Of a DNA stretch of 64,000 nucleotides, positions 37,311 through 49,438 are shown piece by piece. Source of the DNA: Macrostomum lignano (lineage: Eukaryota); assembly GCA_002269645.1 (NCBI GenBank), contig NIVC01000611.1:62001-126000 (forward strand). Reading direction: 5' to 3'. Below the pieces are notes generated by a model. The model did not search any database. It was not told the DNA's origin and saw only the letters and a program-made list of their open reading frames with translations. Position 1 is the first letter of the stretch; every line of letters starts with the position of its first letter. The translations under genes and the position numbers were made by a program.

Positions 37311-37357
37311 TACCTTTTCCTCACGCATCGCCGCCCACGCAGAGCCGATCAGCCGCA

Positions 37358-40197
37358 ATGTCCGGCATGCGCCTTGATTGCAAAATCTACGTCGGCGAGT
37401 TGCCGCGCGACGCCAGCGAGAGCGAACTGGAGCGCGCCTTCAAGTCGTTCGGCCGGGTCCGCCAGGTGTGGATCGCCCGCAATCCGCCCGGCTTTGCCTT
37501 CATTGAAATGGACGATCCGCGCGACGCCGAGGACGCCGTCCGCGATCTGGACGGGTCCACCATTTGCGGCGTCCGGGCCCGCGTGGAAATGTCCAGCGGC
37601 CGCTCCAGGCCCAAGGGATTCGACCGTGGCGGTCGGGACCGCGGCGGCCCAAGGCGCGGCTTCGATCCCAACGACCGGTGCTACGACTGCGGCGAGAAGG
37701 GCCACTACGCCTACAACTGCCCGAGGAAGCGGGGTGGCGGCGGCGGCGGTCGCGGAGGTCGAAGCCGGAGCCGCAGTCGCAGCCGGAGTAACGATAGGGA
37801 CAGGCGGGGCAGGTGAGGATTTATTGCACTGTTTGCGCTAATGACGGCTGAGCAATGACTGTTGCAGGTGTTTCTGTTTGTATTTTGCCTGACTCCAGTT
37901 CTCAGTGTGCATCGGCGGGGGGCGTAGTGATTTCGCCTCTGGCTTTTATTCCCCCTCTCCCTACCCTCCCTCGCCCCTCTCCCCACCCTCCCCCCTCACC
38001 CACCCTCACTTGTCCCCTGTCCCTACCCTCCCTCTCCCCCACCCCCTACCCTTCCTCTCTCTCTCGTTTCCACCTTCTTACCTTCTGCGTCCACCTAGAC
38101 GAGAACTATTCTATCAATTTTTGTTCTATTGAGTTCTTTTACTCTAAACCAAGCTGCACATCTGAAGGCGCATTACCTGTTTTTATCTAATGTTTCCTGT
38201 TTTAAGTCATTATTACATATACTACTAAGTTTCCGTAAAAGTGAGCAGTAGTATGTCTAACAAGTTGACGCGCAATATCTAAATGTTATTTTTTATCAAA
38301 ACAGAAAATTTATCGCAAACATGAGTCCTAACTGTCTAATTGATTGATTCAAAGTTGGGGTGCTTAAATTTGTTACTGACTGTTTAATTTGTTCCAACAA
38401 ACAAATGTTCCAGGATCTTCTACTGCAACAAACTTCTTCACCAGGCTCAGCCCAGTTTTGCGCGCTGCACAGACCAATTAGAGAAAGACTTGAGCTTCGA
38501 CTACTTGAGAATAGGAGTTTCTGCTACTTAGAGTAGTACAAAATAACTAGCTGTCTTTCCCTGTAAAATTCAATGCATTTATTTTTTAAGAATTCCTAAT
38601 CTTTTTTGAGGAACAGAATTGCATTTAGACACAAAAAGTAAAAAGTCCCTTTGCTTCATTCTCGGGGCTGAGTCTAAAATCTAATGTACACTCAGCCCCG
38701 AGTGTAGAGATATGACAAATCTCGAAACTGGGGTTATCCGTAACTTTTTCCGATATGTAGCGTAACTAACTTTATCGAAGAAAAATTTACACTTATTTGC
38801 CACGGCTGCAGTCGTAGATATTTTAGTCTAACCTGCACATCTGTAGCATATAATAGCTCGTACTAGGCAGGCGGGTTTTTCAGGATACAAGTGTATTGCC
38901 GATATGTAGCGTTAGTAACTTTATCAAGGCAAAATTTACATTGTTGCTGACAAAATACGAGTACTAGGCCAGGTGGATGTAAGTCGTTTGCCGATATGTA
39001 GCGTAGAAAACTTAATCAAGCCAAAATTTACAGTTTATTAAAACTAATAATACTAAGACAAGATTTTTGTCCGATATGTAGCGCATTTTTGCAATCAAAG
39101 TTAAGGATAAGCCAAAGAGTTTTATTCAAGCTAAATGTCTAAGCATAAGAATAGGCAGGCTTAAGTTAGAGTCAGCGACCTAGCGTCAGCTCGTGACTGC
39201 AGCAGCATCACCAGCATCTTCAGCAGCAGCAGCAGCAGCAGTGCATCTCTGCGCAACAATGCTCTCCCCGGGGTCCCTCACAGCCAGTTTGATCTGCCTC
39301 TAATTGCTTTGCGAATACATAGTGGGGAGATTCTGCACGTTGTCAGGCTGCTGCTCAGCTTCTTCAGCTGGCTGCTCGCGCCCGCTGTGATTGGCTGTGT
39401 TTAATCTCTGCCCGATCGCGCGCTGACAGCCCGTTCGGTCAGTTCAGTTATGCCAATCACTGATTGGCATGTTGTTTTAAATTATTAATTATTTATCATA
39501 TTCAAGTAAACTCACGCATTGAGAATAGATATGTATATAGGTAAACTTGTACTGCAGTCAACTGTTGACATTCGATCTGGTTTTCTCCGAATACAGCTGG
39601 ATTATATTTGGCTAAAAAATCATCCATCGCCATCACTATCTCGCCATCAATGTCATTTTTAGGCGCAGCCCGTCCTACTCGGATCGCAGTCGCAGTCGCT
39701 CACCGCCTCCGCGAAGGCGCAGGTAATTGTTTGACGATATGTATCGAAGTTAACTTTACAAACTGCTTAAATTAAGCTAGATCTTTTATGCAGCCGATAT
39801 GTATCGAAAGTAAAAGTAGAAAACTGGTTAAGTAGGTTAAGGCTACTCATTTTCTATAAAGCCGATATGTTTCGAAAGTAAATTAAAAAAACTGTTAAGT
39901 AGGTTGAAGCTACTAATTTTTTTAGTCCGATATGTATCGAAAGTCTATGTAAGTGTTAACTAGGTCAAACTTACTAAATTTTCTATAAAGCCGATATGTA
40001 TCGAAAGTAATCGTGAAAGTGTTACAGAAAATTTAGCTTATTTTCTGTGCATGTATCGAAAGCAATTACTCTCAATATCGTGAAGTTGTTGCTATATAAT
40101 AAGGTCTTATACAACGCCACGCCAAGTTCTGAAATTTGCTGTTTCCCTTTAAACCGTCCATTTCAGGTCTCGCAGCGGCAGCAGCAACTCCCGCTAA
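37358..40197 (+). CDS. SRSF7: SRSF7/SRSF3 (9G8/RBP1)-like splicing factor: RRM + zinc knuckle + RS domain, 3 coding exons
   Basis: Exons 37358-37812, 39663-39722, 40167-40197 (phases 2,2). KIYVGEL (RNP2), [30 protein letters not shown] (RNP1), [14 protein letters not shown] knuckle, RS repeats. A non-coding 5' exon probably ends at 36240. Confidence 0.88.
38750..40065 (+). promoter_or_regulatory. Two clusters of the conserved motif CCGATATGTA(G/T)CG in SR-gene introns
   Basis: CCGATATGTAGCG at 38750, 38899, 38991, 39071; (C)CGATATGT(A/T)TCGAA at 39735, 39794, 39862, 39927, 39991 and a partial copy at 40051. Flanks are diverged. Regulatory function is inference. Confidence 0.5.
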
Positions 40198-40719
40198 ATT
40201 CGAAGTCAATGTTGGGATGAAATGTTGGGATTTATAAGAAGTGTCAGTGACTAAGCTGGCGGACTTGTGAATTTTAAGTGTTGTTTCCTAAACTGCTCTG
40301 CTTTCTGCATCCCCGAGTCTGTCCTATTCTCCTGTTTCCTTGTCAAAGTTTGAACAAAACTCTTTTTAACAGCCATCTTTAATCTTTAACTGTCGTTGCG
40401 TCCTAATGTAACTTTGGCTCAGTTGAATCAATAAGCAGGCCCTGTCACTCTTGTTATCGATTTTTATTAGCAATATTCTTACTTAAGGGTTTCTTAACTA
40501 TTAAACTAGGGAAAGTGCATCGGTTTGACCTTGGCTGGCACTGATTGACATTCGCGTTGAAAATATTAAATACACTCTGACTGCAGGCTTGCACTGCCAA
40601 TTTATCCACTAGCACCTTAGCCTTGGCTGGTTAAATGCTGATTGCAATAAATTTTGAGCACTTCCATTTCTTCTTAAATGTACTTACTGAATGCAGTCTC
40701 GAAGCTTTATTCAGACTGC

Positions 40720-41460
40720 TCACCTCAGTTGCTGGGCAGCTGCTGGGCCTCTGGCACGCTCCCAGATCTTCAGTTGCTGCGCCAGCCTCCCAGATCCTCA
40801 GTTGCTGCGCCAGCCTCCCAGATCCTCAGTTGCTGGGCCAGCCTCCCAGATCCTCAGTTGCTGGGCCAGCCTCCCAGATCCTCAGTTGCTGGGCAGCTGC
40901 TGGGCCTCTGGCACGCTCCCAGATCTTCAGTTGCTGGGCCAGCCTCCCGGATCCTCAGTTGCTGCGCCAGCCTCCCAGATCCTCAGTTGCTGGGCCAGCC
41001 TCCCATATCCTCAGTTGCTGGACCAGCCTGCCATATCCTCAGTTGCTGGGCCAGCCTGCCAGATCCTCAGTTGCTGGGCCAGCCTCCCAGATCCTCAGTT
41101 GCTGGGCCAGCCTCCCAGATCCTCAGTTGCTGGACCAGCCTCTCAGATCCTTAGTTGCTGCGCCAGCCTCCCAAATCCTCAGTTGCTTGGCCAGCCTCCC
41201 AGATCCTCAGTTGCTGGACCAGCCTCCCAGATCCTCAGTTGCTGGGCCAGCCTCCCAAATCCTCAGTTGCTTGGCCAGCCTCCCAGATCTTCAGTTGCTG
41301 GACCAGCCTCCCAGATCCTCAGTTGCTGGGCCAGCCTCCCAGATCCTCAGTTGCTGGGCCAGCCTCCCAGATCCTCAGTTGCTGGGCCAGCCTCCCAAAT
41401 CCTCAGTTGCTGGGCCAGCCTCCTAGTGTCAGTTGCTGAGCCAGCCTCCCAGTGTCAGTT
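40720..41460. repeat. 28-bp CTCAGTTGCTGGGCCAGCCTCCCAGATC minisatellite
   Basis: Reverse complement of the PNKP intron 3 unit. Confidence 0.95.
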
Positions 41461-41514
41461 GCTGAGCGGGCCTCCCAGACCCCCGGTCCAGCTTAAGCCA
41501 GCATCACAGCACAG

Positions 41515-42299
41515 CCACCATATACATTGGGGCCGCAATCCCCGCCATCATCACTCTGCAGCCGCCGCACCTGGTCTCCAGACTGCTGCCCCACACTGGG
41601 CGCTCATCGGCCCTGCCCGTCCGCTTCCGCCGCCGGCTGTCCGGCGGCAACTCCGAGACCTTCTGGCGCCGACTTCTCGTCCGCATGCTGTTCCCGCCTT
41701 CGTCCACCTCCGTGAACTCGACCTCGGCCTCGGCAGCCAATGATGGCCTGCTCACCATCTGGCACCGCGACAGCGGGCCGGACATCCGCTTCGCCTGGGA
41801 GGTGCTCCTGCCCGGCATTGACGGCTCGCAGGACTGCCGGCTGGAGTTCTGCAACTCGCCGCTGTCCTACCCGATCCGAGACCGTCGCCAGCTGGAAGCT
41901 CTGGTCACCTCCGGCGTCGTGCCAGCGTCCGAGCTTCGGCTGACTAGCGCCTACTTGAGCAGGAACCGAGCTCACGTCAGCTGGTTCAGCAGCTTGTCCA
42001 GTTTAAACCGCCTGCAGTCTCTCAGCCTCATCGGCTGCGCGTTCTCGTCCGGCGATCTCCTGGTTCGGTACCTGGCCGCCGCTCCTGACAGCCTTGAAGA
42101 GTTGCATCTGTGCGGAGTCGAATGCTTGACAGCCAGCAGGATTCGCTCACTGGCCTGCCTGCAGCAGCTGCGGCTGCTCCGCCTGACCCGCCTGCTGGCT
42201 GTGGAACCCGAGGAGCTGGCGGCGCTCAGCGTGGAGATGGCTGGGCGAATGCCCAACACCAAGGTGGTGTGCGATTTGGGTCGGGGGCTGCGGTGCTGA
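41515..42299 (+). CDS. DMAC2/ATP5SL-like mitochondrial LRR protein (5' end unresolved)
   Basis: Frame open from 41466 with an Arg-rich presequence-like segment (LVSRLLPHTGRSSALPVRFRRRL); first in-frame ATG 41685. C-terminal LQSLSLIGC...DSLEELHLCGVECLT...SLACLQQLRLLRLTRLLAV...MPNTKVV parallels DMAC2 (DSLQELSLAGC...LQNLRRL...MLPNCEVV). Confidence 0.6.
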
Positions 42300-42349
42300 C
42301 CCTGACCTGTTGCAAGACCTATTGCCAATAGTGTGCTGACTTATGAGGC

Positions 42350-42760
42350 ATGCGTGACCCACTTGCGTCACACATGAGTCACGCATGACCCAGTGACCCA
42401 CTTACGGATTCACACTGATGAGTCATGCCTGACCCACTTAGGGATTCACACTGATGAGTCATGCCTGACCCACTTACGGATTCACACTGATGAGTCATGC
42501 CTGACCCACTTAGGGATTCACACTGATGAGTCATGCGTGACCCAGTTGTGAATAAGTCATGCCTGACCCAGTGACCCACTTGTGGATGAGTCATGCCTGA
42601 CCCAGTGACCCACTTACGGATTCACACTGATGAGTCATGCGTGACCCACTTATACGGATTCACACTGATGAGTCATGCGTGACCCACTTGCGGATTCACA
42701 CTGATGAGTCATGCGTGACCCAGTGACCAACTTTCAATTGAGTCACATTATGACCCACTT
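42350..42760. repeat. ~36-bp GACCCACTTACGGATTCACACTGATGAGTCATGCCT minisatellite 3' of the DMAC2-like gene
   Basis: Tandem units. Confidence 0.85.
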
Positions 42761-43209
42761 CTAAAGCTTTTAAGCATTACTTATCAAGTTTAATATGCAG
42801 TTATATGTTAAAGTATAAACCTGTGAACTTGTTTCGAACACTTTCTGTACCATAATAAATTAGGCTATGTCTACTTTGCCACAAGTCTTTGTTTATACCG
42901 CTGACCGGCGGTAGTGAGTGCGGAGAAGCTTCACTGATGGCATCCAACTAATTGTCTTTCTATTTTTATATTTAATGGATCGGCGGGAGCATCCGCTTCT
43001 CCAGGCTTTTGCGGCGCAACATCGCTTTCACTTTCTTCCTCATCACTCATTTTTGGGCTCCTGGGATTGCTAATTCTGTCTAAGCATTTCTAAGGTTCCC
43101 ACTGGTCTCAGAGCTGCTAGCGATCTCAAAACTCGTACTAAGCATACATTCTAACTTAAGCTTAGTCATGCGCGTCTGCTCGCCTCTGTACATGTGCCTG
43201 CCTGCATCT

Positions 43210-43750
43210 GTCAGTGTCTGTCTATCCGTCTGTCTGTCTATCCGTCTGTCTGTCTGTCTATCCGTCTGTCTGTCTGTCTGCATGCCTGTCTGTCTGTCTA
43301 TCCGTCTGTCTGTCTGTCTGCTTGTCTGTCTTAGTGTCTGCATGCCTGTCTGTCTGTCTATCCGTCTGTCTGTCTGTCTGCTTGTCTGTCTTAGTGTCTG
43401 CATGCCTGTCTGTCTGTCTGTCTGCCTGTCCGTCTTAGTGTCTGCATGCCTGTCTGTCTGTCTGTCTGCCTGTCCGTCTTAGTGTCTGCATGCCTGTCTG
43501 TCTGTCTGTCTGCTTGTCTGTCTTAGTGTCTGCATGCCTGTCTGTCTGTCTGTCTGCCTGTCCGTCTTAGTGTCTGCATGCCTGTCTGTCTGTCTGTCTG
43601 CCTGTCCGTCTTAGTGTCTGCATGCCTGTCTGTCTGTCTGTCTGCCTGTCCGTCTTAGTGTCTGCATGCCTTCCTGTCTGCCTGTCTGCATGCCTGCCTG
43701 TCTGTCTGTCCGTCTGTATTAGTGTCTGTCTGTCTGTCTGGCTGTCTGTC
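43210..43750. repeat. (TCTG)n-based compound micro/minisatellite
   Basis: Direct inspection. Confidence 0.9.
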
Positions 43751-44359
43751 TCTTTTTCACGGACTCTAAACCAGGACAGTGAGTCTTGGTAGTGCTTAGT
43801 GCTTATCGAGTCTGCATCCAGTAGGCTTCAGAAGCTAAAGAGATTAGAGCAGAGAAGTTTGTTTTTCTGCACTCAAGTTTATCGCTCATTTCCCGGACCG
43901 CAAGTCTGACTGCATTTCGCATCTTACCGTTTTCTTAGTATTGCTTTATTTTCCCTCGTAGTTTGCCGATACTTGGCTGGGGGTCTCGCTGTGCGTTTAG
44001 CTGCTCGGTCCAGCCGACTCAGCGCTTCCAGAATTAATTGAGTTTGTCTGAGGCTGTCTGCGAGCCTTTCATTTTATTAGAAAGCGATTGGTTCTCCCGG
44101 TTAGACTATCAACTTATCCAGCTCTCTATAGTTTTATTATGTTGGGTTTCCGGTTGACTTGGCTGGGGGGGGCTGCAGATTCGATTAATATTCTGAGCTG
44201 GGTGCGGCCGCCCGAGTCTGAGATAATTGATTCTTTTATAGGGCAGCTCTTTCGCCCAGCTTGCATTGTCTGGGTTTATTTTTATCGGCTATCGAGTCTC
44301 CGAGTTTTGCTGAATTTTTTTGGAATTAATTGCCTCACGGAGACGCCTGAGAGATGCTG

Positions 44360-46000
44360 TGGCTCATAGCTCATAGCGACATGGCTCATAGCTCATAGCG
44401 ACATGACTCATAGCTCATAGCGGCATGGCTCATAGCTTATAGCGACATGGGTCATAGCTCATAGCGACATGACTCATAGCTCATAGCGGCATGGCTCATA
44501 GCTTATAGCGACATGGGTCATATGTTATGTCCTCTTCTTCTGTTTCTATACCGACTATTGCCTCCAGGCTACCATCTGACATCAAAGTCAAGTCGAAGAA
44601 GCATTATTTAAAATACGAGCTGTTCACAAGCTTTATTTGCCTCTAGCCGGCGCACGTCTTGCCTGCCCTTTGTAATACTGTTAGCCTTCGGCTCTTAAAG
44701 AAATAAAAGATTGTACCCTAGACTATAGACAAAAGAAGGGAAGCATTAGTGCATTTGCTAAACCAAAAGTCCATACACAACATCATAGCTCATAGCGACA
44801 TGGCTCATAGCTCATAGCGACATAGCTCATAGCGACATGGCTCATAGCTCATAGCGACATAGCTCATAGCGACATGGCTCATAGCTCATAGCGACATGAC
44901 TCATCGCTCAGGGCGGCATGGCTCATAGCTCATAGCGACATAGCTCATAGCCACATGGCTCATAGCTCATAGCGACATAGCTCATAGCGACATGGATCAT
45001 AGCTCATAGCGACATGGCTCATAGCTCAGGGCGGCATGGCTCATAGCTCATAGCGACATGACTCATAGCTCAGGGCGGCATGGCTCATAGCTCATAGCGA
45101 CATGGCTCATAGCTCCTTGCACCATGGCTCATAGCTCATACCGCCATGACTCGTATCGCATAGTGACATGGCTCATAGCTCAGGGCGGCATGGCTCATAG
45201 CTCATAGCGACATGACTCATAGCTCAGGGCGGCATGGCTCATAGCTCATAGCGACATGGCTCATAGCTCCTTGCACCATGGCTCATAGCTCATACCGCCA
45301 TGACTCATATCGCATAGTGACATGACTCATAGCTCAGGGCGGCATGGCTCATAGCTCATAGCGACATGGCTCATAGCTCATAGCGACATGGCTCATAGCT
45401 CAAGGCGGCATGGCTCATAGCGACATGGCTCATAGCTCATCGCAACATGGCTCATAGCTTATAGTGGAATGGCTCATTGGTCATAAGAGCATGGCTCATA
45501 GCTGATCATAGCTTCACTGCATTTAGTTCATAGCTCATACGGACAAGCAAGCACACTCGAGAGATTTAAGAATTATATTGAAGTGTGAGCTTGAAGAGAG
45601 ACAGCAGGTAGAGCCAACCCAGGGGTTCTAAGTTTTCAGCCAATACGCGTTTAGTCTAAGAAGTCACTGTCTTTGCGCTCTGCCGCATTCTCATTGGCTA
45701 TAGTCGAGATTTTGTCTGATAAAACAAACTTTGCCGAGATGGCGTTTTATCAGGCCAAGGTTATTGGAAAGAGGGAAGAGTGAAGACTTTGACTCCCAGT
45801 AGTTTTATCCCAAGAGCTTAAAAAGGAAGTCAGAGGTCCAACCGACAAGTTCGTCATTTTTAAATTGTTTCGTGAATAATATTATACAGGGTAAGTTATT
45901 TGATTGCTACATATATGAACTATGAACCATGCCCGCTATGAGCTATGAGTCATGCCCGCTATGAGCTATGAGCCATGCCCGCTATGAGCTTTGAGCCATG
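44360..46000. repeat. ATGGCTCATAGCTCATAGCGAC minisatellite blocks (44360-44520, 44780-45520) with an inverted block at ~45915-46000
   Basis: Tandem units; reverse-complement units CTATGAGCTATGAGCCATG at the right end. Confidence 0.85.
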
Positions 46001-46634
46001 CGTCAATAGGCAGCGCTGGCCAGTAAAGCAAGTCATCGAATTGCTAAATTACAGCAAGGGTTTGTTCAAGTGCAAACCAAATTCGACTGACAGCTGGAGG
46101 TGTCCCATGGACGAGAGTTAGGATGAATAAAATTGGTTGTAAAATCTCGATTGTCCTTATAGCAGCCCGCCTGCTTGCCTGACATTTGTACGCCCAGCTA
46201 TGCGGTGCCGCAGTTGATCGAACAGTGCGGGTAAAGATGGGATCTGGGACCTGGATGATGCCACTCGGATGCTGGGATGCTGCTGGCTTCATTGCACTTT
46301 CCATCTGCTGCGAAAGTAGTTGCAAGCAAATGTACTTTTATAAGTTCTTAGATCTGCTTCCACAGCAAAAAACTTTCCTATGCGGGTCGGGCGTAGCTGT
46401 GCTGTAAACAGGGATTTCCTATTGGGATATCAGAGTTTTCTATCCCAGTTATACAGACTTTTCTCAGCCACGTCATAAATCATCTTCCACAGCCGCCGCA
46501 TCCGTGATCTGCATTAATGACACAAAATTTCATTTTCTCTCGTTGGTCTCGGGTAAAGTGCCTTATAAACAAACTTTGACGCTCCAATGAACAGCCTTGG
46601 TTCTGCTGAAGACGCAGAACTCAGTAACCTAAAG

Positions 46635-47345
46635 ACCCAAAACCCTCCACACAGACCCAACCCCCTCCACACAGACCCAACCCCCTCCACACAGACCCAA
46701 CCCCCTCCACACAGACCCAACCCCTCCACACAGACCCAACCCCCTCCACACAGACCAAACCCTCTCCCCACAGACCCAACCCCCTCCCTACAGACCAAAC
46801 CCCCTCCCCACAGACCCAACCCCCTCCCCACAGACCAAACCCTCTCCCCACAGACCCAACCCCTCCCCACAGACCAAACCCTCTCCCCACAGACTCAACC
46901 CCCCTCCCTACAGACCAAACCCTCTCCCCACAGACCCAACCCCTCCACACAGACCCAACCCCCTCCACACAGACCAAACCCTCTCCCCACAGACCCAACC
47001 CCCTCCCACAGACCCAACCCCCTCCCCACAGACCCAACCCCCTCCACACAGACCCAACCCCTCCACACAGACCCAACCCCCTCCACACAGACCAAACCCT
47101 CTCCCCACAGACCCAACCCCCTCCCTACAGACCAAACCCTCTCCCCACAGACCCAACCCCCTCCCCACAGACCCAACCCCCTCCCCACAGACCCAACCCC
47201 CTCCCTACAGACCAAACCCTCTCCCCACAGACCCAACCCCCTCCCCACAGACCCAACCCCCTCCCACAGACCCAACCCCCTCCCCACAGACCCAACCCCT
47301 CCCCACAGACCCAACCCCCTCCCCACAGACGCAACCCCCTCCCCC
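46635..47345. repeat. ~20-bp CCCCACAGACCCAACCCCCT minisatellite
   Basis: Tandem units. Confidence 0.9.
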
Positions 47346-48134
47346 ACCACTAACCGCACCGCCCGGACTGTGTTATCGCAAACATTTCGCATCCAATAGT
47401 TTTGTATTTACGCAACTGGGCCTGCGCAGCGGCGCAAAAGGCATTAAAGTACATCAGCACTTTGTTATCAACAGCGCGCAGAGTTAAAAGCCGCCAGCGT
47501 TTCTGCATTAAGAAAACAAGTTCAGCAGAAAGAATAAAAGGAACGGCTGAAACCCGACGCCAGTTAAGGTTTTAGTTTTCGGTAATATTTTAGCATTCGA
47601 ATTTTCCAGCAGCGCTGCGGCAGGTCTGATTCGGACAGATTTTCCCGGCTGGGTGATGAAGGAGGCTGAGCTCGGGTCTCCATTAGTGACGGGAAATTGG
47701 CAAACTGCAATGCCCCCCTTGTTCCCAATTTCAGACAGCAAATAGGAGGCAAAACTTTCCTCTATTTTCCTGCGCAGATATTGGCCTTATAAAATATCTG
47801 ATATCTTCGCGAACAAGTTTTTGACCGAAATGCTGGGACGCACTAAATTTCATTCAATGCTGCTGCTATTGGATACTTTTGCAGTGCGGTCAATTCAACA
47901 ACTGCATCTTTTATAACTGCGACACCTCTGTGCGAACAAGAACTGCATAAATATTTGCTTAATTTAGCAACTAACCTGTAATCAAACTGTTGCTAGCGGA
48001 GACAACAAGAAGGTTAGAAAAAATGGTCGTCAAGTGTTGCCCATGAGAAATGCGTGCGGTGCTTAGTGTCTGACTGTAGCAATATGAACTCTGGTTGGAC
48101 AGGCGGGAAATGATAAAAATGTGTTTGCTTGGGG

Positions 48135-49345
48135 TGTTACAGTTTGTGTGTGGGTGTTACAGTTGTGTGTGGGTGTTACAGTTGTGTGTGGGTGTTACAG
48201 TTGTGTGTGGGTGTTACAGTTGTGTGTGGGTGTTACAGTTTGTGTGTGGGTGTTACAGTTTGTGTGTGGGTGTTACAGTTTGTGTGTGGGTGTTACAGTT
48301 TGTGTGTGGGTGTTACAGTTTGTGTGGGGTGTTACAGTTTGTGTGGGGTGTTACAGTTTGTGTGTGGGTGTTACAGTTGTGTGTGGGTGTTACAGTTTGT
48401 GTGGGGGTGTTATAGTTTGTGTGGGGGTGTTACAGTTTGTGTGTGGGTGTTACAGTTTGTGTGGGTGCTACAGTTGTGTGTGGGTGTTACAGTTGTGTGT
48501 GGGTGTTACAGTTTGTGTGTGGGTGTTACAGTTTGTGTGGGGTGTTACAGTTTGTGTGTGGGTGTTACAGTTTGTGTGTGGGTGCTACAGTTGTGTGTGG
48601 GTGCTACAGTTGTGTGTGGGTGTTACAGTTTGTGTGGGGTGTTACAGTTTGTGTGGGGTGTTACAGTTTGTGTGTGGGTGTTACAGTTTGTGTGTGGGTG
48701 TTACAGTTTGTGTGTGGGTGTTACAGTTTGTGTGGGGTGTTACAGTTTGTGTGGGGTGTTACAGTTTGTGTGTGGGTGTTACAGTTGTGTGTGGGTGTTA
48801 CAGTTTGTGTGGGGGTGTTATAGTTTGTGTGGGGGTGTTACAGTTTGTGTGTGGGTGTTACAGTTTGTGTGGGGTGTTACAGTTTGTGTGGGGTGTTACA
48901 GTTGTGTGTTGGTGTTACAGTTTGTGTGTGGGTGTTACAGTTTGTGTGGGGTGTTACAGTTTGTGTGGGGTGTTACAGTTTGTGTGGGGTGTTACAGTTG
49001 TGTGTGGGTGTTACAGTTTGTGTGTGGGTGTTACAGTTGTGTGTGGGTGTTACAGTTTGTGTGTGGGTGTTACAGTTTGTGTGGGGTGTTACAGTTTGTG
49101 TGTGGGTGTTACAGTTTGTGTGGGGTGTTACAGTTTGTGTGTGGGTGTTACAGTTTGTGTGTGGGTGTTACAGTTGTGTGTGGGTGTTACAGTTTGTGTG
49201 GGGGTGTTATAGTTTGTGTGGGTAGACAAAGTTTGTGTTTATAGTAAATCAAGTTTGTGTTTATTTAGGAGCCAACTTTGTGTTTATTTAGGAGCCAAGT
49301 TTGTGTTTATTTAGGAGCCAAGTTTGTGTTTATTTAAGAGCCAAC
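48135..49345. repeat. ~20-bp GTGTGGGTGTTACAGTTTGT minisatellite plus a short 24-bp repeat upstream of the FHL gene
   Basis: Tandem units; source of VCGCYS pseudo-ORFs. Confidence 0.95.
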
Positions 49346-49438
49346 TTGTGTTCATTAGGCAGACAAAGTTTGTTACAGTTGCAGATAAAATTTTCTCAGT
49401 GAATTTCCTCATCCGATCTCCGGGCATATCGGCAGGCA

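Noticed and set aside
39735-40065. Repeat-spacer pattern as a CRISPR array or as box C/D snoRNAs
   Set aside because: Spacers are related to one another, there are no cas genes, and there are no proper RUGAUGA/CUGA boxes; kept as an unexplained motif array instead.
40635-41743. 263-350 aa ORFs through the 28-bp array as the 5' part of the DMAC2-like gene
   Set aside because: Repeat-derived; the 350-aa ORF is out of frame with the LRR-coding frame, which has a stop at 41463.
42410-42720. CTGATGAG repeats as tandem hammerhead ribozymes
   Set aside because: The CUGAUGA core is present but no GAAA strand or matching helices are found in the unit.
46040-46620. GC-moderate unique segment as a coding exon
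   Set aside because: The frames I translated on both strands contain stops and no recognisable motif or clean splice pair.
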